Of a DNA stretch of 64,000 nucleotides, positions 1 through 14,250 are shown one piece after another. The notes under the pieces are model-generated. The model ran no database searches, had not been told where the DNA came from, and saw nothing but the letters and a program-made list of their open reading frames with translations. The stretch is taken from positions 25,815,233 to 25,879,232 of the forward strand of contig OZ316892.1 in assembly GCA_973895155.1 (NCBI GenBank), given 5' to 3'. Made by a program: the position numbers and the translations under genes. Each line of letters starts with the position of its first letter. Position 1 is the first letter of the stretch. The DNA is from Marsupella aquatica (lineage: Eukaryota; Plantae; Marchantiophyta).

Positions 1-504
1 TGAAGCCCAGATGGACCGCCAAGCTTGGATGTATTTGTTCAGAACATTTAAACTCACTCAGAACACTTTTGATTGAAATGGTTTCCTTATCGTTTGCAGC
101 CGGTTTCAATTACATTACCAAACCGGTTTTCTTGGTAATTTGACTAATTGACTACCTTGAATTTCAAAGACCTCAAGTAATTTCTCCCCAAGGTAGTTCA
201 AATAGTCAACTACAATCCACGAGTGGTTCCTGTTTTCTTTCCGGTATAAATCCCTTTACGCACTCCATGAGGATGAACAGGGACAATGTCTCGGTCCATC
301 TGGACTTTTGTTTCCCAGGTTGTGGGATGTCCCCTTTGTGTGAATTAGAAAGATGCTAGGAAGATTCCTTCCTACTTTGTAACATGCATAATTTACTCTA
401 TGACTGTCAAATCTCCCTAGATTTAAAAATGGCCATCAGATTCTGGCTTTTGGGATTTGAGGCTATGTGAGAAATTGGCTAATGGACAAGACAGAAATGG
501 AAAA

Positions 505-981
505 ACAATTACCTTGTTTTTGGCATTCCTTTCAAATTCATCATCCATCTCCTCACAGAAAGCAATGAGTTGGATGACCTCTGGGGGTCTGTCCAGTGTA
601 GTGACAAACTGCTATCCTACCCTTCTTTGTCTTCGTCACTTAGCTGCACTACCTTTCGAGTCTTTTTGCCTTTCTTTGCAGGGGGCTTCTTGGCTGCCCT
701 CTTCTTCTGGGTAGCGCTCACAATTTCTTGTCCAGGCCCCATGGCAGGGGGCATCTATGGGCAAGGGGAAGAGGCGGAGAAGGGAAGGGGGATGATTGAA
801 AGGATTGCTCACGGTGCCCACTAGCATGAAATGAACGAGCTGGGTAAGGTGCTTCATTCATTGCCCTCTCAAACTCCTCATTGGAGAAGAAATCTGTTGA
901 TGTCCCTGGTAGAGAGGAGTCCCCTCCTTGATACCCATATGTTGATTGCAAATCTGGAATGTCATTTTGTGCAAACTTCAT
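505..981 (-). pseudogene. Degenerate Myb/SANT (trihelix)-like relic, probably transposon-derived
   Basis: Minus-strand frames give a basic stretch ATQKKRAAKKPPAKKGKKTRKVVQLSDEDKEG. After a stop and a frameshift comes HWTD..EVIQLIAFCEEMDDEFERNAKNK and a GT donor, resembling the first helix of Myb/SANT-like domains. Confidence 0.3.
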
Positions 982-3900
982 TCTCTGTACGTGATGAATT
1001 TGTTACCAAGCCTAGAAAGCAGAGTGCTCCATATCCTCAGGCAGAAATGTGCTGATTGACCTGAAGGAATTATGAGAAATTGAGCAATCTGACGAGTAAG
1101 CAATGTCTGTTGAGAAAAGAGAGCTCTATGAAGTAGCACCACTGGCGCCCATGTTTTCAAGTTCTGCAAATTTGACGTGAATGTTTGAAATTGCAAACTC
1201 TCCCACAGCGTCCCTCTCACTCATGCCCACCATCTTGCATCAGCGACAACCACACTTCCTATGGGTCCACATTTATTGAAACCTGCCCATAATAGGAATG
1301 GACCAAGTGGCCAGATTCGACGGCACGTCCGACGGAGGTGTCAATTCATTATTTTAGAGAATGTGAATAGGGAATATATTTTGGTCACACTTATATTGTC
1401 CTCTCCACTATTCACGTTCAAAGAACAGGTAGTCGGGGCTAGTACAATGAAAACCTCTTTGGTTTCACCCTGACATGCTAGCGGGCACAGTGGTGGTGAA
1501 CTGGGAAACTGTGAGCTGGGACATGGAATGCGGGAGAGCCCTCATCCTTCACTATCAACCTTGCAATTGCCAACAGACGAGCCAACAGGACACTAGTTAT
1601 GCAGAAAAAGTCAATCTATGGAACCAGCAGAAATTAGTGTTAGTTTCAGTATGATTTTCTTAGCATTTGCAACACTAATTCCCCACTATTTAGCATTGCT
1701 AGCACTTAATATTTGGAAGTGACACTAGTCAATTACCAAGTCTGCTTTTTGTTGGGGTGTCATGAAGGGTGTACACTTATATTGGAGTCAAACCCTCACT
1801 TAGTTCACCTCTGAATGTTACAAGGGAAAACAAGAGGCAAGCCTTGACAAAGTTTGATGCTCTACAAATTTTTGATTTTGGCCAATGCATATTGGTGTGC
1901 TGAATTGCAAGGAATGATTGGAAGTTGGAAGTCTGGAAAATGGACATAGATGCAAGGGTCAATGGAGTGAAGCAGAAGCCACACCAAAGCATTGAAGCAC
2001 TTGACTAGTCTAATAGTGGAATTTCAGCTGCATGATTCAGTCATAACATTAGGCAAGCTTGGGTGAACATGCAGACATGGAGGGAGGCCATGTTATTAGA
2101 GCTAAGCATGAATTTCTTGGATTTAAATGACACTCATTCTTTTGCATGTCAGATCATCAGGGGAAGAAAGGGAAACCAGCAGTGGTCAAAAGAACCACTG
2201 CCTCAGCTCTTACCTGACTGTCCCCACCAACAACCAACTACTTTTTCTCTCAATATTTGTTTGATCATCTTCTACGACTAATCAAATTTGCAAAACAAAC
2301 TTCCACACAGATAACACTTCTGTCACAAAATCTGATTGTGCAAAGTAAGAGAATGACCTAGTAAATATATTTTTTTAATTACAATTGGCCAAACCAAGTA
2401 AATGGGCTATTGCCAAGCAGTGGTCACTCACAATAGAGCACCTGTTGAAGGCTTTACTGTCTGAAGGAAGAAATTTCCCCAAAGAAAATAGTCAAACAAC
2501 TAACCCATCAATATTTCTCCACTATGGACCAGTTTGGAATTGAGATCCAGACCATCACATCTCAAATAAGTTTCAACTTATGTGAACTCTTCTGGCATCA
2601 ACGCACATCTAAGCCATATTGGTTGGCTGCACGTTTGTTCTGACTGGCCTTTCAGGTCTTTGGTCTGCCATGCATCTTGCAGGCATGTCCATGCTAAGTT
2701 TGTTATTGGTCCTGGCTTTTGTGGCTGTTCCTGTTTGTTCCATTACCAATGAATGAATTTTGACTGTTTTCCCTCTGCCCAAGCCTTACATCTGTTTGCA
2801 ATTTCAGGGTGAGTTACTGTTCGACATTGAAATGAACTAGTGGGTGTTCTGAATCTGTTCTGGTTAGGCCTAAGTATATGTGATCCCCTAAGAGTTCTGG
2901 ATAAGACAAAGTAAGCTCTCAAGGAGCAATGACTAGCTTTGTCCAACAGACGAGAGAAGTAACCCACCTAGTATATTGTGGGTTAAGCAACTTCTCAACA
3001 ACCAATTTATGGTTAGTCCTTCTTAGCGTGTAATTGGGGTGGTCACCTCCTATACTATAATTTTGGATCAAAGTCTACCATCCAAGACCCACTTCGTAGA
3101 GTGAAACCAAAGGTCATAATTTTGTTTTTTAACAAGTGACAAGTTTTGATATTAAGACTATGGCTGTAAGTAGGGAATAAGAGTTTGGATAGGGGGAGTC
3201 CTTCAATGCATAAGCACACACAGGTATTCAGGCTACCTTCTTCCCTCAAACACAACACCATGCCTATGTGTCCAATAATTGAAAACTCTGGATCCCGTGA
3301 GCAGAAAGCCGTATGAACTCAAACACAATGCCCGGGTGTTGTGTCCAAGTGCACACTGTGATTGAATGTACTTCACTTCACTCAATTTCCCTAAACACCA
3401 TTCAGTTGGACTCAACTCAATTCAAATGCCATGCAAACACAAAGTCAATATTCAAACACTTTCCATTTTTTAATGCAACTTACAGAAAACTAAAAAGATA
3501 GTCCAATTCAAATATATCACTGGGGTGCATTATCCAAATGGAACTCCCCACAACCCACTATTCAAATCCGGCTCTCTTTGGGAAAGACGGTAGTCTTGTA
3601 TGGTGTCCTCTCCAATTTATCCCTAGCAACAGCATGCAGTGTACTGTGCTATGTGACAAGTGCCGATAGGTTGTCTGAATGGAATTTTCATACCATGATA
3701 AACCCAATTGTTCTTTTATGTCACTCAATGTTGCTATTTCCTTGCATCCAACCATCACTTTTTGATGTGCAATACTATGATCCCAAATTAGGTACATCTC
3801 TAATCTACATGTTTTTTAAAGATACAATTTTATGTTTTGTCTTCCAAAAATAGAGACATTTATTTGGTGGACCCTCAAACTGAAAAGTGTTACTTGATGG

Positions 3901-4491
3901 ACCCCATGAGTGATCCAGACAGTTGAGAGACCTCAAACCCCTCCTGGCTGGAAAAGGAGGGGAAGTGTCCAAGACCCCTCCCTTTTCCACATTCCACTCA
4001 CTTTTCTTCTCTATTGTGCCAGTTTGCTTCTCTATTTCAGGAAATTACTTTTCATGGTAGCCACTGGTAACCTGTAGCTTTTGAAGGGCAGTTGTGGTTT
4101 AATTAAATTAAAGTACCCAAAATCTCATGGGGTTGGTTGGGAAGAAACTTCAGTTTGGGTTTGATGGACCCCCAAAATTTTCTCCAATAGTGACTAATAC
4201 TTTCTAGTGGGGTGGAATTCGGCAAAATTTGCACTTAAGAAATACACTCCCTTCCCTAGCTTCTTCTGGTCACCACAATGCACCATGTATCTTGACATCA
4301 GAGAGGCTTCCTTGAGTCCTGAAGAAGAAGGAAATGAGGTAGGCAGAAAGGTCGGGTTGCCCTAGGGCATCTCAAAGTAGCCCTTCCCTAGCAATTTTCT
4401 GCACCCAAAATGCTATGGGTTAGGTTATGGTTTTTTGCCACTAACTTGTACAGTTAGGGCACTGCTGTCCACTCTGAAAATAGGTCTGCAC

Positions 4492-4979
4492 TGTGGGAAG
4501 AAATCAGATCAGGAAGAACACTCCAAACATACACGTGCTCAATAGTTACGTGGTTCGCCTCAAGGTTGACTACGTCCACGGGAATACAAAGCTTTATTAA
4601 CGGTTATGTGTGTACTCAAGCATCACCATAGCTCTCATTTCTTTAAGCTCTCATCTCTTGCTATATCATTGTGTTCTCTCTTGAGAACTCTCTTGTGTGT
4701 TCTCACACCACATAGAAGTTGAAGAGATAAGGACCAACTCTTCAACTAGGGTTTACTCTAACCCCAGTTAACATACTAACCATGGTTCAACCCAAAACTG
4801 AGTTAACCTCTACATGCACAAATGTATTGAAGCCCTACTGATGTTGAGTTAATCCATGGGCTGCTGTTATGACCCCATCTCAAACCAAAAACCCCCCTAT
4901 ATGAGTGTTTCGCGGTAGATGTTCCGACCCCTACGGGACAATGCAATAGTAAGGAAGTCTCAAAGTTGCCCTTCCCACA
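4492..4979 (-). mobile_element. Solo LTR, Ty1/copia-like
   Basis: Perfect 9-bp terminal inverted repeats TGTGGGAAG (4492) and CTTCCCACA (4971-4979). Contains ACGTGGTTCGCC...CTACGTCCACGGGAA, the reverse complement of the copia-LTR-type CCCGTGGACGTAG..GAACCACGT motif also present at ~16290. No TSD or PBS seen. Confidence 0.65.
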
Positions 4980-5694
4980 AATATTCTTGATCAATCACTG
5001 TATAACATTTCAGTCTACAACCCCACTAAAAATGTATGGACCATTCTGGTTAAATTTAGTCAGTGTTTTTTTGTTTTCTGTAATGAAAATTATACAGACA
5101 ACTTTCTTATTCCCCACTTTAGGAAAAGATTAGGAAAAAAGAAAAACTTTAAAAATAGGCTTGCAAGGATAACAGGGCTGGAGGAACTGTCCTGGTTGAG
5201 TGTCCAGGGGTTGGGTGACAGGAAATGTGCATGGGTTGCAGGGAGTAGGGGGCCAGGGAGTTTATTTGGAATAGGATAATGTCCTGGTTAGAGAGCATTG
5301 TGGGATATAATGCCTGTAACTAGAACGTTAATGTATGTAAAAACTTGAGTGACTTTTTGATAAGAAACAAGAAAAAGTGAATCCTTGAAATAGAAAATTC
5401 AAAAAGAAGAGTCATCCAAGAAGTGTTTGCTATGGAAGTGGCCATATACCTCCTTTAGTTATAAAAGATTCTATTAATAGATATTTTGTTAGTATCAACA
5501 TATAAGATTTGGTTATCATCTTGAAATCTTGACTAAATTTATTTATTTATTTTATGGTAAAATTATATTTTATTTTTATTATATTTATGGTGTTTTGTAT
5601 AATCTTTTCCTCAAAAAAAGGGGTGCATTATGGAAAATTAATGCAATCAAATATACAAAGAGAAAAGTCACCAAAGGCTTTACAAATGAAAGGG

Positions 5695-5726
5695 CCTCGT
5701 CACTCGACGGGGGTTTGTTTCCCTGG
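5695..5726 (+). mobile_element. Helitron-like 3' terminus (hairpin + CTRR)
   Basis: Hairpin CCTCGTC-actc-GACGGGG followed 10 nt later by CTGG, after an AT-rich tract. The next base is A rather than the canonical T. Confidence 0.35.
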
Positions 5727-6127
5727 AGCCCTTGAGGGGCCCCGTGAAGTTTTTTTCTCCTCGTTTGGGCATCGATCAACCAAATATCTCTCAAAAACTC
5801 ACCAGCCTTTTGTAGCAACGGTCACCGGGTGCAACTTGCAACGTCATAGTGCGTTCTTCGTATACGAAGTGAACCAACTACGGCGAGCGACATTAACTGC
5901 GCGCTCGAGTAGGACAACGTCACGGTCTGGGCAGGGCCCCATCGGCCGGCCGCACAATTCCCGGGAGCCGTACACGGACGGACGGACGTCAATCGACGGC
6001 AACCCGGACAGACCTGCTGCCTCTGCTGCCCGGCTCGCGATCGAAAAGCTGCACCGCACCAGTCGCATTATATTTCTTTCTTCTTCCACGGACCGGTCGA
6101 CCGTTTTTCTTTTCTTTCCTTCCCACT

Positions 6128-6155
6128 GGTCCGGTCTGGTCTGGTCTGGTCTGGT
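6128..6155. repeat. (GGTCT)n pentanucleotide microsatellite
   Basis: tggtccggtctggtctggtctggtctggtc. Confidence 0.85.
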
Positions 6156-9100
6156 CGTCTTGGCTGGGCTGGGCTGGTTAGTGGTTTGGTTGCCAAGCGG
6201 GCAGGTGGGATGGAACAGTCCACACCGTCCACGCCAAGACTTGGCTTGACCCCCCAGCGAACCGCAAAATGATTCTTCCCCCTTCCTCTTCTTGGATCCG
6301 CCCTGCCCGTCCAATCCAATCCCCAGCCTGCCCGGATGCCCGGTGTTTCTGCCCTGCCCGACCTTCCCCTATTTGGACCACTCGGGCAGGACGTGTAAGT
6401 GTAGCAGGAGTAGGCCACGACGCACGAGCACGCCGCCATGACATGCAACATCGCATCCGTTCGGGCTCTCATTATTAGTTAACACCACGGCTGCCCTGAA
6501 AGGACGAAAGTCCGGAGGACGGAATAGGGCATTTTTAAGTTATTCTGTCCACTTTAAAAATTCACATCTATATCTTCTACACTACCGTACCTTATTATGG
6601 GTTCCTTGAATGTAAATAGATGGGACACCATAAAAACCTTATCAAAAAATAAGGTTTGATATTATTTTTCATCTTTATTCCATCCTCATTGTTTTGTTAT
6701 GCTCTCTCATTTTAAGTCATGCCCTTGATTGCAGTCAATTTCACTTCAGACTGTATAAATTCATATAGCTCAAATGTGCAATTGTAGTCCCCTAATATTA
6801 TAATGTTTTCCTTTGTAAATGCACCAAAAAAGCACAATCTGTAACTATAAGTTGACATCACTAAATAACAAATGCCTAGGTGCATTTCTGTCTATATTAA
6901 TGCACATTTACTTATCAATTATTGCAAATGCGCTACAAATATTTATTGATATGTGAGATGGTTAACTACATACAATAGTTGCATGCACTTATCAGGTTGA
7001 AGTGTGCAGTATGAAAGTTTGGGGTCTGAGGAGTTGGATGAATAACCTGAAACACCAATGATAAGTGCATAAATGATATCATGTGCACTCATGACATAGT
7101 GCATAACATGGATAAGTGTAGACTTGGGTTGTCTTCCCAATAGCCTGCACTTAGACATGCTAGACTGTATATTCTTCTGTAGCTCAACTCGCAAATTGAT
7201 ATACCTCTACCTTTGCCAAAAGGCTCCTATAAATTATTGTAACATGATGCAACAGAACTCTCTTTTTGCTCATATAATATGCATTACACTTATGAGTGAA
7301 ATGAGGCAAGAAAATGAGATGACCATCTCAGAATATGAGTTGGTCTTTCAATTCTCCACTATATTTGACATCATTAGATCATTCCAAGCAGTTTCGAATG
7401 AAACCAAGAAGAGCCAATTCCACTCCATAGAAAAGGGGATATTCAAAGTCAAACTTTGTTGTTGAAAACTTTTTGAAAACAAGATGGGTGTCAATGACTG
7501 ATGGTGTAAATGTGTCACATCCAGGGGATGCACGGTTCATGGTAGGTGCACTCTACAATTTAGATATCTCTATCTCGTAACGTGCCAGCGGAAAACTAGG
7601 ATAAGGGTCTAAATCAGATTGAAGCATCTAGGCTGTGACTCTTGGGAAGAAAAGCTAAGAAAAGACTCTACTCTCTAGGGTGAAGCATCTAGGCTATGAC
7701 TCTGGGAATACCAATATAGTTGGGGAGCAACTGGAAATGGGCACGATGATATTCACTATCTATTTATGAAGAACGCTGGAGCATTCAAGCTAGTCTATAT
7801 ATAATTCATGGTCAAAGTTTAAATTCATGACCTACTCTACAGAGTGAAGTAGTTGGTAATTTTGTTGGTAAGATAACCTTTAGATATTGAGACTATGCTT
7901 GTGAGTAGGGATGGGTATGGGAGCCTGGGAAAGGGGGACCCTTCCTGTGCATAAACACCGCCATTAAAACTATAAAACATGAACATTGTTGTCTGATCAG
8001 TGTTTGCCACTACTCTAACTGAGGTGGAACTAGGGGAGCATAAGTCTTTAGGGTGTCAGGTTCTGGGGCCTAAGATTTTAGGGACATAACCTATTCTGAG
8101 CAGTTACACAGGCACGTGAAATAAAAAGTCTTCACTTTGATAGATCACAAAAACAAAAGAAAAAATACTTGTCATCACAATGTACTTACAATTTTGGTAC
8201 CACCCAAGCCTCCTTTCCTCTTGATTGCATAGCTCTTTTAGGGTTCCCAGCTTTTGTATATTGGGCAGGTGGCAGTTACGACGGTAAGAAGCCTTGGCTT
8301 GCATGGTCACATTCTGACTCTTAGATTTATGTAGGGAAATAAATGGTTGATTATGGTGCATGATAGGAATTCTGTGAAATAGTAAATGGCATGCGAATTA
8401 TCAGTTACTTTGACCCGGCCTCAGGGTGAATTAAGGTTCCAACACAAGATCAAGTTTTCCTGTTCAAATAGGGATTGGAATTGTAAGAATGCTTCCAAGA
8501 GTGGTTGTACTCTAAGTCCGGCTTTACTCTAAGTCACCTAGAGTTCTCGTGTCCAAGTTTAAGAGATTGATAGAAAAATTTGCCATGGCCTAGGTGCAAC
8601 TTTGTAGTTCAGTTCATGACGAAGTTCTTTAATTTGTGGGAAGTTTATGTACACACCCACTGAATGCAATTAAAAAAAGAATTGAAATTGGACAGGGTAC
8701 AGTTGAGTAACCCAGGTTTCCATAGGGTTCAAGCTTCCCCTGCTGCTCAGCTTCATTATCTATTACTTAGTGTGCGATGCTGCATCAGACATCTCACAGG
8801 CTATGGTGGAGTGGATTCTGTTGAATGTGGCGTGCCTCGCATGACACTTAAGGTCCTCCCTGCCATTTGATACCAGTTATAATTACTTGTACTGTGGAGC
8901 ACATGACACAGTGGCCTGCTAAAATTGTCAAGGTTTTCCTACATTGGCTTTCCCTGTTCTAAAAACAAACAGGGCATATAAGGTGGTGACTTAATTCATT
9001 GTACTGTAGACCGCATGAACATCGAGTGGCCTGGGAAAACGGTCACTGATTCTTTAATGTAGCAACACCCCTTTAACATGGCATTGTGGGCCCCAAAAAT

Positions 9101-9778
9101 CAAGGGGTTCACTTCAAGTTTTGAGGGGCTAAGCCAGCAATGCTGTCATAAAGGACCTCCATACAGTTAAAAGGCCTAAGATACCATTTAGTATTACTAC
9201 TTTGATTGGGATTAGAGGAGAAGTTTCATAAATCACCTCCATCCAAATTTGTCTGTGAAATCTAGCTTTTCCATCAAAACTCCAAAAACTACAAAGGAAA
9301 AAATCAAGCAGGGCCATCCCCCTTCTCCCAGACTGAAACATCAGCAATAACGTAAGGCTAGAACACAGTTTTTACAGCAAAATACTTACAGGATTCTTCA
9401 ATTTTACATTAGGGACTTTTCTCTAAGTTTCACAAGGACCCCAAAATATGTTCTTAGTGCCACCCAAAATTTATGAATTTATTAATTGCACAAATCTAGA
9501 TGAGACTAAGGTATTCTAGGGCAGGAGTGGAGAATCGGGCGTAGTGCCTCCAGGATTATTTACATTGCAAAATTCTTGCTGGGTTTCACAAGCAACCCAA
9601 GTTTTTTACAAGTATGACTCAAAACCTCATACAATGTCGCCCAAACCAGGAGGGGTATGTGTTTGATGGACCCCCAAACCAATTTTGAATTTGGGTGAGT
9701 TGATTTAAGGTCTATCAATGGCCTGTATAGTTCATGTGGTCCAACAAGCACACTTTTCATGTTAAGGGTCCATCAATC

Positions 9779-9853
9779 ATTTACCCCCAAACGGGGATAA
9801 CATTAGAGTACTCAAACATTTACCCCCAAACCGGGATAACATTAGAGTACTCA
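9779..9853. repeat. 39-bp tandem duplication among dispersed TTTCACAAG(G/C)A(A/C)CCCAA motifs
   Basis: atttacccccaaac(g/c)gggataacattagagtactca occurs twice; related motifs at ~9428, ~9581 and ~9867. Confidence 0.8.
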
Positions 9854-10812
9854 GGGGCAAATATAGGTTTCACAAGCACCCCAAAATGGGCTCAACACTG
9901 GATTAATTCTTTAATGTTTGCTCGAACCCAGATGACGCTACAGTTACCCCAGGGCAGGACGGGCAACTGAGCGAAAGAGGGCCACGCTCATGATGAATGT
10001 TTCCCTGGCTGCCCAACCATGTGACACAGAGAACGTGTCCGTCGTCACCATGGACGGATAATTCTCTACGTGCTCCGTGTAGCGGCTTTCCGTCGTGGTG
10101 GCCCGGGGAGTACATCCACGCAGCCGGGCAGACCCTATTTCGTGGATGTATCAAACTCACCAGTTGACAGAAATAAATTATCTGTGTTCTATTATGTACA
10201 CCCAATCCCAGAATCCATCATCTTTGCAGTGGCCGGTCATCGTGGTGTGCCCGGGAACTCATCCGCGAAGCCGGGCAGGCTTTCGTGGATGTAAATAGTT
10301 CACCACTGGACGGAGATAAATTAAAAAAATGGGGGATCCCGTACGCCCATTCCCACGTCCACCATCATTACACTGTGGAGACTTTCCGGTCATCGAGGCA
10401 TAGCATGGTAACGATGGATCTCGTCCATCCATTTATCGAATCACATCATCATGACCATGCGGTTCTGATCATGCATACATGCATGGCTTCAGCATGTTGT
10501 TACTGGTGTCGTCATCAAGCCATCAATGCATGTATCACGCATGTGCATGCAGACGGTGCGTCCACTCCACATGCTCCAAGTGGAGGTAAATTTAATTAAC
10601 TGCGAAGCCTCCGTAAATCGCTCCTCGTCCCCTTACAAACCCTGTAGAAAATATAATTTTTATTGCTGGTGGAAGTCTTTGATTTCGTGAAATGCTAATT
10701 TTGGGGAATGGATAGAAATATAATCCTATTTCTGGGAGTAACAGTTTTTTCGGACGAAGATGTTTTGGGAAGTGGGATGAAGTGTTATGGGCCAGGGGAT
10801 AAGCCTAGAAAC

Positions 10813-10852
10813 TAGAGGTCCCTAGAGGTCCCAAGAGGTCCCTAGAGGTCCC
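10813..10852. repeat. 10-bp tandem repeat x4
   Basis: tagaggtccc tagaggtccc aagaggtccc tagaggtccc. Confidence 0.9.
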
Positions 10853-13247
10853 AGATTCAATATCCGCTCCACATGCAACAGTTGTGTAGAGTGAGTGTTT
10901 GTGGGTGGGGTGTAGAGATGAGAGTATTTATTTCTCTTTAGCTCAGGCTGGTCCATTTTGGGCTATGGTCCAACCTCTCTCCCTGCTGGTCCTCACTACC
11001 ACTACTCCCTTTGTGGGTTACCCTACAGAGGTGCATCCTCCAGAGTTGGTTGCCTATACTCTGTTGGATGGGCTGGCTTTTGGTTTCAAGGGAAAAATAA
11101 ATAAATGAGTAATGTTACCGTGAATCAGGGGAGGCCACAAGGGGTCCATTGCTGCTTAAATCTCTTTGAGATCAAATGAGTGCTTTGAATGTTTGGAAAT
11201 GGTTGCAATTCAATCATAGGATGCGGGTTTGAGTTGTGCTAACATGATTTGACACAACCTAGTGAAGATGAGCCAAAAATCCAGAAAGTTGACACAAATC
11301 TTGCTTGCCCAATATTTTCTTGCTGGAACAGTTTTTGGGAGCTCATACAGTGCTTTCATCCCAAGGGGACAGTCCTGATCTACTTCTGGTGTTTATGCCA
11401 CCGTTTACCTCAAGGGCCTTTGGTCTGCCTTTACCGCTGACAAATGAAAAAGTAATGAGCCACTATTTGCTTACATTTGGCCCTGGATTCGGCAAATTTT
11501 TGGCTACACTCATGAACTAGTGTGACCTAAGACAATACATGCATTTACAACATTTTTCACTCATTGGAAAGAAGGTGGGTGCCCTAGGTTTGGAGTGTGG
11601 GAATTAGAGGCGATAAGCCTCATTCCATTTAATTGTAACTTTGATTTCAAACCCACAATAATGAGATTTCCACAGCTCCTGCTGGCCGTAGAGTCAATAT
11701 GCAAAAGATCAATGCCCTAGAAGACATACTTCAAGTTCAGCCGGTCCCTCCACGTCCCCCATGATGTGTTGGCTTCTGCGGGTGATGAGGCTGCACTACT
11801 GGTAGACTGATAGACTTTCTTTCGCGGACCCACGGTGAGTACCTCACCGGTCTCTGTTCACTGGCCGGTCTTTGGGAGTGTGCTGCTCCTGTAGTAGTTT
11901 CCAAATTTATTGTTTGGCTGCCTCCTTGGAGGCTCAGCTTCTTACATGGTTCTGGCTCCACCGGTCACGACACGTAGACCTTTGGTCTCCCCGGGGGGTT
12001 GCCCATTTGGGCCCCCTCTTTGTATACTGACTTTTTGAATGGAATTCAATGGGTTTTTTTGAGGCAAAAAAAGAAGATCAATGCTGTAGAATCTTGAGGT
12101 GGTAAGTAGAAAAAGTGCAGTGGCTTGGTGAAATTGAGCTCATTTAGATGTTAACTCTAACACTAAATTATATACCAAACTCTAATAACCCTAGCATTAC
12201 ACAAATTGGGGAGGATATGAATCAATGATAAGTCCTTGATGCTGAAATTTTGGGTAAATTTTGTGCCAACAGTAGTATTCAGTACTACAATCATAGGCTG
12301 ACAGTCTGTGTCAGACCACTCTGACATGGGTGATCAATTGCTTAGATGCCAGGGACTTGTACTTTACTAGAGGTTGAGGCTGGAAGTAAACTTACCCAAG
12401 AGGTTTTGAGACCCCCATTGCATCCAGGTAATTGTACATCAAAACTTGAATAACACATTGTTTTAAACAAAACTAGATTGATCATGTATGGGGTGACATA
12501 ATATATTATCACATTTTGATGATCAATTACTGGGACAGATCTCCATTGATCATTCTCTGTGAAAACATAAAAAATAGAAAATATTTCTCATACACTTTGT
12601 TTCTTAAAAGATTCCCTGCCCTGAAACAGAAGATGCTATATTGAGCATCACATGTTTCTTACTGTTAAGATTCACTGCCCCAAAATGCCAGATATTAATT
12701 ATTGCATAGATTCCATGCCTTTCAAAGACATTTACTTGACATATCACCAAAATGAACTTCTAGACCCCCTGAATGCATAAATGACCCAGACTGTTGTTAG
12801 ACCTCAAATAATGGTACCCAAACCCTCATGGGGTTGGTTGGAATGAAAACTTTGATTGGGAGATCCATCAAGTAAATGTCTCATTTGTTCCTTTACCCTA
12901 CTGTCCTCCTACAGCTGGCTCTCTCTCAGTGCCAAATCAATAAGTGAAAATATGGATAACACTAAATGATAACTTTATAAGTGTACAATCTCATCAAGTT
13001 GCATTTAGTGATAAGTGCATGAAGTATTTTAGTGAAGCGGAAATTGCACTTATTATGGAGTTAGATACTAAAATTAGGGCAGGGATGTACAGTGTGGGTG
13101 TGACATTCACTAGACTGCTCATTGCATTCTTACCACTGTACAGAAAATATATTGATAAGAATAATAATAATGAGTGCCAAATTCTACGGGTTTGCAAGCC
13201 CCCTATTTAGTGCAGACGGGATGCTTCTTCAAGGCGGTGTGCACTTA

Positions 13248-13780
13248 GAGAGAGTTAATTTACACCATATTTAACACATTTGACGTTTTGCCTTGTAACC
13301 GTACTACCCTTTTACTGTAAGAGCCGGCAGTAACTAAACTGGTGTAAGTAGAGGGCACTATAGCGAAACGTGGTGTAAGTAGAGGGCACTATAACGAGTG
13401 GAGATGTTCCAACACGTCGCCTGGGATGCTCCGGGCACCCACGCCCTGCCCGCGGGCACGACAAGTATTTTATACCCCTTATTGTCTCTCCAACGGGCAC
13501 GCACGTCCTGCCCGCGGGCAAGTAAAATTCCCAAAGTCGTTTGTCCCCGAGGCCGAAATTGCTATTCATGGTCCCAGCGAATAAGGGGACGCCACGTCTT
13601 CATAAAATACCTCTAACCCTTACGCCCTTACGGGTTCTAGGGACCCGTACATCTGGGGATTAGGGCCGGTCAGGGGGCGGGACGGACGCCCCCACGAGGG
13701 GGGCTTCATACGCCTTTATTGGGTCCCCACGACAGAGCCATTCTTCCGTAGGTACAGTTAGCTGACTTCTTAATTAACTG
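13248..13780 (+). mobile_element. Single DNA-transposon (MULE-like) terminal region
   Basis: Starts GAGAGAGTTAATTTACACC. Contains the direct repeat tggtgtaagtagagggcactata twice, gggcac..cac(g)..cctgcccgcgggca twice, and a CpG-rich interior. No partner end found in the window. Confidence 0.35.
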
Positions 13781-13818
13781 TAGCTAGATATGATCCTACA
13801 ACCGTCTCATCCCCTACA

Positions 13819-14250
13819 TTCTATGATGAGGCTTTTAATCGTGTAAAACACAAGACCAGCCAGCCGTGCTTTATTCGCTCTTTTCCCAAAACAAATTGGA
13901 AAAATAATCAAGAGGCCTTTATGTCACTTCAAAAATCACGCTAATATTGTGGTGTAGTCCATGTTTGGGCAAAAATTAAATGATTATTGAACTGTTGAAT
14001 ACACACTGCAAAGGTCATGACTGTCTTCGTGCTAACAGTTTCTATGATGGGGCTTTTAATCGTGTAAAGCACAAGAGGAGCCAGCCTGGGTTTGCTCGCT
14101 CTTTTCCCAAAACAAATTAGACAACAATCGAGAGAACTTTAAGGCACTTCAAGTTAACGCCAATACCCTAATGCTATCCATGTTTGGGTAGTAAATAAAC
14201 AATTATTAAATTTTGTACTTAGATGACCTGCAGGTTGTGGCTGTTTTCTA
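13819..14250. repeat. ~220-bp diverged tandem duplication
   Basis: ttctatgatg(a/g)ggcttttaatcgtgtaaa...cgctcttttcccaaaacaaatt at 13819 and 14040. Confidence 0.85.

Noticed and set aside
5554-6478. 231-aa, 156-aa and 134-aa overlapping ORFs
   Set aside because: Produced by GC-rich, microsatellite-containing sequence; no recognisable domain and open on both strands.
6493-6530. Hammerhead ribozyme (GTCCGGAGGACGGAA resembles stem II)
   Set aside because: The CUGANGA core and the GAAA following the stem are not correctly present on either strand.
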